Below are positions 55,178 through 64,000 of a stretch of DNA of 64,000 bases, piece by piece. The notes beneath the pieces are model-generated. The model did no database searches. It worked only from the letters and a program-made list of their open reading frames with translations, and was not told the origin of the DNA. Source of the stretch: Balanoglossus misakiensis (taxonomy: Eukaryota; Animalia; Hemichordata). The stretch is taken from assembly GCA_040954595.2 (NCBI GenBank), contig CM082581.2, positions 13,341,921 through 13,405,920 on the forward strand, written 5' to 3'. Position 1 is the stretch's first letter, and each line of letters begins with the position of its first letter. The position numbers and the translations under genes were made by a program.

Positions 55178-58100
55178 TCACTGCCTCGTTTTCAATTCTT
55201 CTTCCGCTTTGGCTTCCAACAGTTCCATGAGTTTGCCCACGTCTTCGCGTAAACTGTTGGCAACTTCCATCAAATCCGCAGTAGATACCTGCAAGAGATA
55301 AGAATGTCAGGATTAGCCACGTCGTATTCATCTTATTTTACGGAGTGTCCATAGACTATTTCCCCGGGCCAATTTCAATCAATCCGCCGTCTGAGCCGCG
55401 AATTTTAATCGACTGCAGATCAGTTTTCTAGATTATGAAAACAAGAATCCATCGTGTCATTTTTCATTTATCTAACTCCTCCAGGTCGAAACATATCTTC
55501 GAAGGCTGCAGTCGCTCATCTCGAATCTCAAAGATCGCATCGCACTTACTTTGTTAAATGGCAAAAACAGAAACCACGTTTCTTACTACGGTGCTTATAC
55601 TCAGCCAGCTATAAGTATCATCATTTGAGCGTTAATCCTGAGAATATTACTTTGTCTATTCAACCTTCCCTGGGGTCTCTCTGATAACGTCCAATGACCC
55701 ATAATTCAAATGCCCTTTTCTCTCAGTCGATAAATCGAAAACCCGTATGACGCCATCGGTGACTCTATGTTTATCTGTATGATCCTTGAATTGCAAATAC
55801 TTCACAGTTCAAATACCTGTATTGACTGATTGGCATCATGCAAAGCCGACAATAAACCCACACTGCCTTGTTCTTTGCTTGATACGCAAGTGGATCAATA
55901 CGTCACCTCAGAAGTTATCTCAACTAATCACGTTAGAGGAGAACACCGGTATGAGAGACTTCTTCATTATTTTTTAGCACAAGATTCCAACTTTAAGGTA
56001 ACCTTCCCCTATAAAACGAAAACATGAGTTCGAACTTTTACCTAATTGCCATATTTTCACATTCAAATAACTTGACAGCGTCGCTCAGAACAGACTAGAC
56101 GATGAGCAGATGAAGATAATTGCTTTAATAGAGAGGAATGCCGCTTAGAGATTAACATCCTCTCTTATCATTATTCATCGTTTACAGAATGGAAAAGACT
56201 AATAACACAGTTCATGTGCCCTGCATTCTTAAAACTGAGACAATTCACCTTTCAAATGATACTCACGAACTGTTACATAGTACATTGTTACGGCAAGATA
56301 TTAGATGATGCCAAGGGGCACTTTACTTTTCCAATTAATGGTATATACATGTCAGATAACAGCGTCAAGTACAGCTGCAACTGTTTCCCCATGACACTGA
56401 AAGTGGGCGCCTATTTTTTTGTTAACCAGCCGTGCACTTACAAACTTCAGCGAGGAACTTGATGCGGATAATTGAAAGCGTCCACTTGATCACTTTAAAC
56501 AATTCCCGAGGATAGTATTTGGCACGCGAGCCAGTTGATGCGGGCATGGCATAAGAGATGGTGACAAAACGATTACTTTAAGACACTTCTTTAAATGTTC
56601 ACATTAACGCCACGTCCCCATAAGACAGCGTTTTGAACATACCACTTTATCAAACGTATTTATCTTGTCCGCCTCAATATTTGCAAACGCCTTCCAGGAC
56701 GCAGTGGCTGTCGAAAGATAATCACAGGGTCGTGACCTTGCATTATGGCGCGGAATTTCATCGAAAAGGCACTCAGTGGTATGCCATGCCATGAATGTCA
56801 TGAATGTCACGTTCGTCTCCACCTATTGACAAGTTTCTGTATGTTCTTATAGAAGTATAATTGGAACTGATGCTTTATCCCGTGGCTTGCGTGTTTTGTA
56901 TGGCTTCACTTTCGTGGTGGTGTTACCATGGTGACCGTTACTGGGCTGTCTTATATGATTGACAAGGATGGAGGGGTTGCCCCATCTTGCGTTCTACACC
57001 AACCAGAAGTGGGTTCTGGGTCACGTGTTTTAACTTATGTTTAATCGCTACCATGTGCTTTTGATGAGAATCAGCGGGGATCTTTTGGAGGAGGAACCCC
57101 AAGTTTCAGCTCTGTACAACTTTTCCTGATTTGTTTTATCCCTACCAGATAGCCAGCCCCGAGTCACCGATCGCGAGATCTAAGACGTCTTTACCTTAGC
57201 GGTTCGGTGTGGGCAGATTTCTTCGACGAGAGACGCTTGCTTTCCGGCGAGTTCCGCTGTTTGTGAGATGCGGGTCCGTCAGCGTTGTATCGTTTTTTTT
57301 TCAGAGGCGGGAACGTCCGGGCTTCCGTTACAATTTGGCGGCAACGATGGGATTGTTAAGGCAACTTTGGTTCAGGAGCCCCTTTCGAATATTAGCCAAG
57401 GTCTTCATCAACGCAGCGGTAAGGTTTGGTCGGTGAATGTTGTTTGTTGAGAACCGTTAAACTTATATTGTATGTAAAAGAGGTCACAGGAGTTCGTGGG
57501 CGTGTTAGCACTCTGGGCACCGTACTCCTCACGGGATCTGTTAACGCAGGTCAGTGCAACACATTCCCCGGGCTTTTGTATCGTCTTCTTTTGCTGTGAT
57601 TTGGGAGCTATATAGTGTTCATTTTTAGGCATTCTGTGTCTCTGTGTCGACAGATTGGTGTTGTTTTTTGTATCATATGATTGCTATTTTATACGGGGGA
57701 CATGAATTTATCGCAGGATAGGGAGGTTGTTTTCAACAATAAGTTTGATTCTGAGTTCGAGAGAACAGACGTCGATTCTACGGTCATTTCTGATGAAGCC
57801 CTGAAAACTCCGCTCGTTTCATCACGCACAGGGAGGGGGGGTTTAGATATCTGAAATTTCCAGGAATTTTTGTGGTACAAATGCCATTTTCCAGGATGGT
57901 TTACTGGACAAAATTGTGCATATTACTATTACTGTTACATTCACATTTACTCAGTGTTTTTCTATAGTTTCAACAAATCATTTTAGAGATTTTCAATTGT
58001 GATGACTAATTGCCCCTGAACATCGATATCAGGGGTGTCTGCCGTCTGTTTTATGCAGACGCGCGGACGCCTGGCATGACCTCTAACAAAAGTTGCTACA

Positions 58101-61100
58101 TCTTTACAAGGTTAGATTAGTTGTTGCAACCGGAACGCTGAGCTGAGTTAATTGTTGCAATTTGTGCATGTTAGTTGCTAGGCTATGATGCTATTTATAG
58201 GACGCCTGCCTAAAGAAACTGGTGCACTTTTACCATGGCCATTCCCCCTAGCCCTTGAGATGCAAAAAAGAGGGGGGGGGGGGGGGGGGGGGGGCAGGGG
58301 CTAAGCCTGGCGTAGTGGACAGCGCCCTCACGCGTCAGGCGGCGGTAACACCTGAAGTGCTGTCTTCTCAGGGTCAAGACAATTCAGTGTCATCAATGAT
58401 GGGAAATGTTTCTGGGGGTTTTCCTGACCGTGTTGGAAGGGATTATTCCCACGCGAACAGGGTTGTTGGTAATACAGGGACTGGTACTACACAAACACTG
58501 GGTGTTGAGTTGGGTGGTGCCTTGCGGGAAAGTGTTGCTGGGTTGCCTTGGCAACATCACTGTTGTATAACTTTGGTTATACTTTCTCTAGTCCCCAATC
58601 CATGTTGAAACGTATTCAGAATGTCATTGTATAGACATTTAACGTGTATTTGAAATACATGCAACGGAACGTCAAACCCCTATTTTAAGTCTTTTTGCAA
58701 CAAAGACATGTACATACTGAATACTGGCTGTTTTGATACTTTGTATTGGGTGGAGCCAGTCTACAGCTGGTAATACACATATTAAGGAAAATACTGAAAA
58801 TATCATCAAATGTTATCCCTGTCCTTAAAACCACCGCAAGCCAATGATGACAAGCGTACTTGTTGCCACCAGAAACGATTCCATAAAACATCATTGATTT
58901 TTACCGTCAATCGTGCGAGAACCCAACCGAGGTCTATTTTGTATGTACAAATAGCCGAGCAAGTTGATATTATACACTCCCCGTTTAGCGCCGGGAATAT
59001 GCACTTTCTAAGTTGACGTGGCATAGTAATACTTGTAATGGTTCAATAAAGAAGCTGTCAAATAAAGAACAGCATCTCTCTTAATGGAGAAATATACGTT
59101 TTGATGACAGGGACTGATATCGATCCCAATTTAATGACGTGGCGCGTGCGCAACCCCGTTTTGATATTAGGTTTGAGTAGACACATCGGTCCGCTAACAG
59201 CTACATCAAATTGAACTAAACCAAAATGACAAAGATGAAACTATTATATCGGAAAATAGTGCTTCGTAATACTAATGGTCTTCCCAAGTCATTTAGCTGT
59301 ATACATATTGCCTTGTACTAAAACACAGTTCAATTCACGCAATCCATAAAACAGTAACGTTGACATGTTTTGTACCTTGTACAGTTTTGCGCGCTTTAAT
59401 AGTCATTCCAGATTGAAGAGGATTGGCCAGGTTCATTTAGCGTTCTGCAGGTGGAGAAAGTTTATGTCTAATTTGTCGTGATATAAAACGTGGTTAGACC
59501 CTTAATGTAGTTTTAACCCAGCGGGGAGGATTTTGTGAGTTATAATTGCTTTTTGTGTGAATGCCCGCGACGATTCAGATGCGTCAGAGTTTCGGGTAAC
59601 ATGACAGAAGAGACGCCAAAGTTTTATTCGTTCTAACATGAATGGAGTGGCCGTTAAAAAGTTATGCAAGTTTATAAACACGTGATGATAACGCCAAAGA
59701 GTTTGTTATAATACACGTGCAGTATTGATGCCGGTCTCAGCATCGTTATTGACAGAGGTACTGAATACGGTTTCACTTTAATCAAGGGATTACTGCTTTT
59801 GAGAACGACTTCAATTCACCATTTGGAAATAGTGATGCTCCTCAAAGAATCCACGTCGCTTCTCGTATTTTGGAGAGATTTTAGTCTCAACACATTGTCG
59901 GCAACAAAAGACTCGACACTCGATCGCCCCTTTACATGTCTGACACGTAAGATTATATGGCTGTACTGCTTATTCATAAACATCATCTGTAAAAGATGAA
60001 TTCTTTACCTTAAATCATATTTCTTCAGGGTTAAGCTTGAATAGTCGTGTGACATTACTTTCTCAAGGCTGCATTGAAATTACCATGGGCCTTAGGCTGC
60101 AAGATCCAATTTTTCTCAATTACCCAGAAGCAACCTTGGTATACCTCAACGCGTTATTACTTGAAATCCTCATCAATAGTTCTTCGATTAAAAAACGGTA
60201 TGGGTTAATTTAACTATGTAAACTTCTATGAAATTGGCATTAGCAGAGCTTAGTTTCTAGAGATTCTCACAGGGCGCGTACAATCTCAAGAACCAAGAAA
60301 CTTTTCATCCGGTTGCCTGGGTGAAATATACTTTCAGGTCTGTCGTTTGTGCGTCCAAGTACTTTATAAGTTTTATTCCTCCCCGGTAATATAATCAAAT
60401 TGTCTAAATGCAAATCGAACAACAAGACACGTCATAAATCCGTTGACATTTTTTGACAATGTCGACAGGTGCTGCTTTTATTGTTGAAGACAGTTTTTGT
60501 CGTTTGGCGGCAGACTGCGAACTCCGGTGTTTTGTGTATTCGATCGAACGGAACCCGAAGTTTTACAAGGAAAACATTTCCTGTCACACATTGACTATTT
60601 CAGACCAGCGATTATCTATCAGACACTTTGTATATGAGTTTTCCTCTACTGCACAGGCAACCTATTAATTTCGCACTCAGTTTCCGTCACTTTAATGAGA
60701 AAAAATGACACAAGTCGACAAAGTTCCTTATGCCATGAGATTGTGTTCACCGTATGCTTTCACAAGTCGATAGTACTACGCATGAATGCGAACCCAACCA
60801 ACCAAAAATAGCTTTCACGAATTCGACCGGCTTAAACTAAGGCTATTTGCGGTTTAATATCATTATTCCTCGCGATGAACATACATTTGCAGTTTTGCCG
60901 TGTCTTTGTATGAGAAACATAAGTCTGTTTCTTGCACGAAGAAAGTGCAGTTCGAATATATTCTAACCGCCCTTACAGAATCAAGATACTCACAAATGGA
61001 TCATCCTGTGTTCGCTTTCTTCCGGGTGCCCACATCTGTCCACCTTTGCCAGAATAATGTAGTGTGGCATCTGTCAATGTACTGAGTACAACCATCGATA

Positions 61101-61134
61101 GTAATACCATGGCGCACACTTTCGAATTTGCCAT
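55178..61134 (-). CDS. Corazonin/GnRH-superfamily neuropeptide precursor (corazonin-type), ~135 aa
   Basis: The first coding exon, 60994..61134 (acceptor tttctccccAG at 61170, donor TTT|GTGAGT), encodes MANSKVCAMVLLSMVVLSTLTDA|TLHYSGKGGQMWAP-G-RKR-TQDDPF: signal peptide, peptide, amide-donor Gly and basic cleavage site. Best-fit phase-0 continuation is 57695..57850 (ISKPPLPV...CDKFMSP) and last exon 55178..55288 (VSTADLMEVANSLREDVGKLMELLEAKAEEELKTRQ*). The first coding exon is high confidence; the downstream exons are moderate. Confidence 0.78.
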
Positions 61135-61526
61135 TGCTGTTGTGTTGTTGTTGGGGAGGTGTTGATGCTCTGGGGAGAAATGTCGTAAAAGTCAATTCAC
61201 AAACTCCAAATACTTTAAATTTTCTTCTGTGACTTGATTGACGAAGAAAAACAATCAGAAAGAACGAAATGAAGAATCATACTCTGATCAGATTAGAAAC
61301 TAAAAGATGAAAATAAACCAACTCTTTCAACCGCTGATCTGTTAATGTCGCCGATGACGAATTTCGTTTTGCGCCTTTGCGGAGAAAAAGATTTTACCGA
61401 AAACTATGTCGACTATAACGACAGACTGCCACCGCCATAAAAATTAAAAACAGCACCCAAGACGGTTTCTTGCCGTGCGTTGAATGTAAGCAGGATCCCC
61501 GCGCCAAAAACACTAAACGTACTTAC

Positions 61527-61626
61527 CGTTTATGAGTGCTGTTGGGCGCAACTTTTCAGGCGTGCTTTCTTCTTTGCAGACTCGGCGATTACTTCACGCT
61601 GGACCCCTTAACTCCCGTTATTTATA
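61527..61626 (-). promoter_or_regulatory. TATA box and non-coding first exon of the neuropeptide precursor gene
   Basis: Minus-strand TATAAATAA at 61626-61618, predicted TSS ~61595, and a strong donor ACG|GTAAGT at 61526 that can splice to the acceptor at 61170. A CRE-like TGACGCAA lies at ~61776-61783. Confidence 0.65.
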
Positions 61627-63127
61627 CTCGCCTCTGCAGGAAGCATGCGAGGAAGTTATCAACTTCAGCCGGAGCTCATGCATAGATAATGAGCGAGCCT
61701 TTCAGATTGTATTATTCAGACGCGGTTGTGCCCAGTCCCCAAGGAATCCCAACTCTTAACATCCATGAAAAGCGCTTGCGTCAATAAAACAGGATTTTTC
61801 TTGGAAACAGGTGTAAAAGCGTTCAGGTGTTTCGGGGGATAATATTGACACCACTGTAATTTCAAAAGACTTATTAACCAAGGCGAAGGCAGCGGTTAAT
61901 CGAGATATCCAAGTTTAATTATTTCCTTCAGTTGATTACCATCGTGAGTTTACGAATTTGTTCAATATTTGCAACGTAAGCCCCCCCCCCCCCTCTTCGG
62001 ATTACTCCAACGTATTTCGCCTCAATGAAACCGATACACACAAAACCCCCACTCAACTCACATCTATTAGCAGAATATCTATTCTAACAATCCCTGGGCC
62101 ACTTTTAAGAAGGACACTTACTACGCCAACAGCTCTCCCTTTGGAATTTCCCTGACAGCAACGATCACGTTAGAGCATCGTTCATCTGTCACCTCTCATA
62201 GAAAGTTGTAACAAACCACAAAAATAAGTTTTCTGAAAAACACGACAGTGTACAATCACCCTCACCTCCATTACGCCTGTTAAAGTGTTAAAAGCCACTC
62301 CCAATACGCAGCACAGATTTCACTTTTGACTGGTCACTTCCATTCGATTATTCAAGCCTTTTTATGCCTGACTGCTCCTCTATTTTGTACAAATAACTTG
62401 CTCCTCGCCACCACTGTCATAGGAAAGCTCTATCATGAAACACTCAAGGATACAACATACAAAACAGACCCGTTCGTATAGGACAAAATTTTGGACAAAA
62501 CTTGCTAATTTTTTCCTATAACCCCTTTCCAGGTATAAGCGCTATCAGCTATCACTTTCAATTATGGATTTTGATTGATAACGCCTATAAATACACCAAT
62601 GCTCACTGAGCAGTCGAGGTTCATTAATTGATAAGGCGCTAGCGTCCAAACTCCAATAAATAATACAGGTTGCATGAGAAAATGCAACTTTATCAGTGGG
62701 TGAACACTAAACAAAAGGTCGTAGCTATAAAATAGCAATTATATCTTATTTATTAAACAGCATATATTTTAGGCAAAGCAGATATTTACAACTGGTATGG
62801 GAAATCTGCCAAAATATGACATTGTCAGCATTTTGAAAATGCCTTTCTCATTGACAAGCGGGAAGGGTTTGAACATCACTTAAACCGGTGAAAACTGAAA
62901 TTGTCTCAGTCGATTTAGGCATGAGATAATCACTCAAGCCATGAAACAGATTAGTATAAGTGTTGATTGTAAAGAAAATAATACACAGACTCTATGCAAA
63001 TTCATCTCAAAAAAGCAGTCAGAGTGCCGACCAATATCTGAATGACCTCGTGTACATTAATTATTCGGCGCGCAACACCTGGTGTAAGACATGACCAATC
63101 CCGACGCACACGCTGTTTTCCTGTTAG

Positions 63128-63503
63128 CCAATTAACAATTAGAGCTTCACCAGGTGCTGTTTTGCATGTGCCACCCATACCCATGAGAATTTCCGTTGTG
63201 AAATAGTGTGCTTGATGACGATGGCATGGATGGTGTATTCTTTCTGGACCAGAAAACGCATTAAAAAGTGAAACAGAAAAACATCGGAGGATGCTGAGGA
63301 CGACTTGTTGTTCCTGGATTTGAGAGAACTTCCCGGAGAATATTTGCAGAACTGTATGTCGGAGGAAATTGCCATTCCATCAAGTTTGTCGAAGTCTGAC
63401 CCATCAAGCAACAGGTACAGGTGAGCACATAGGCCTTCCGCCATGTTATGTTAGTGATAACATGGCACGATTACAAGCTCATACTCCCCGAGAACAAGAT
63501 GGC
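63128..63503 (+). repeat. Diverged dispersed repeat, copy B (homologous to 53228-53560)
   Basis: See copy A. The antisense ORFs at 53289-53495 and 63139-63444 both contain LLDGSDF because of this homology. Confidence 0.75.
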
Positions 63504-63606
63504 GACCCGTCACATTCATTGCACACGTGCAACCTATGAAGACCGTAATTCGTTGCTATATCTTTTTCTAGGGAATAGTAAATAGTAATCGTGGCTTGTT
63601 ACAAAC

Positions 63607-63784
63607 TACTGTAAAACACTTTATTTTCGCGAGCAATTATTTTTCGCCAAATACGCGAGAGCCAAAATAGCGTAAATTGTTTTTGAAGATAACGATGCAG
63701 TGAATGAAATAAGAGAACGCGAAAAAGTGGCCTCTCTCGATATCGCGAAAAATTTAACTCGCGAAAATAAAGTGGTTTACAGTA
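63607..63784. mobile_element. MITE with ~25-bp TIRs and TA target duplication (Tc1/mariner-superfamily-like)
   Basis: TA|CTGTAAAACACTTTATTTTCGCGAG ... CTCGCGAAAATAAAGTGGTTTACAG|TA, with one mismatch between the TIRs. Confidence 0.85.
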
Positions 63785-63930
63785 TGTTGTTTATATGTCC
63801 CTTGTTTATATTGTTCGGCATTTGAGCTAGCAATGGCAAATGCCCCCAAGAGGAGCAGCATCTATGATAATGCACCCCGCGTGGTAAACTTGTTTAGCAT
63901 CGCGACTGCGGAAAAACGTCGTCTAGCTGA

Positions 63931-64000
63931 AACAGGTACAGGTGAGCACATAGGCCTTCCGCCATATTATGTTAATGATAACGTGGCACGATTACAAGCT
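63931..64000 (+). repeat. Recent direct duplication of 63410-63479 (runs to the window edge)
   Basis: 70-nt copy aacaggtacaggtgagcacataggccttccgcca...tggcacgattacaagct with 3 substitutions. Confidence 0.9.

Noticed and set aside
58255-58608. Gly/Ser-rich 117-aa ORF after a poly-G tract, considered as a retroelement gag fragment
   Set aside because: No RT, integrase or recombinase motifs and no terminal repeats seen; lies antisense in an intron of the neuropeptide gene.
59800-60200. Coding-like minus-strand stretch as a further precursor exon
   Set aside because: Multiple in-frame stops and no convincing phase-compatible exon with good splice sites.
1-64000. CRISPR arrays, rRNA, tRNA, prokaryotic operons
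   Set aside because: None seen; the window is spliceosomal-intron-containing animal DNA, and the B-box-like fragment near 11390 does not form a cloverleaf.

Overview
Eukaryotic, AT-rich, intron-containing animal DNA. It is probably an invertebrate deuterostome, with a hemichordate-like ambulacrarian inferred from the neuropeptide. I assembled spliced models by hand from GT-AG sites and intron phases. They give seven protein-coding genes: a Glass-type five-C2H2 zinc-finger transcription factor (+, 5585-9955); an intronless fatty-acid-binding/iLBP gene (-); PRELID1 (-) head-to-head with DDRGK1/UFBP1 (+); an intronless ASMT-like class-2 O-methyltransferase lacking the canonical catalytic His-Asp-Trp; a prominin (+, 19 core exons); and a small neuropeptide-precursor gene (-, 55178-61134). 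The prominin cytoplasmic tail is built from an array of phase-1 cassette exons and several alternative last exons. The neuropeptide gene's key exon is absent from the ORF track. It encodes a signal peptide followed directly by TLHYSGKGGQMWAP-G-RKR, a predicted amidated corazonin/GnRH-superfamily peptide. The window also holds several MITEs (TTAA, TA and 9-bp target duplications), a nested long hairpin, microsatellites, and diverged direct repeats flanking the neuropeptide gene. The most interesting signals are the hidden corazonin-type precursor, the modular prominin tail, and the co-location of glass, prominin, an ASMT-like enzyme and a GnRH-superfamily precursor. That last point is a hypothesised photosensory/neuroendocrine neighbourhood and is unproven.
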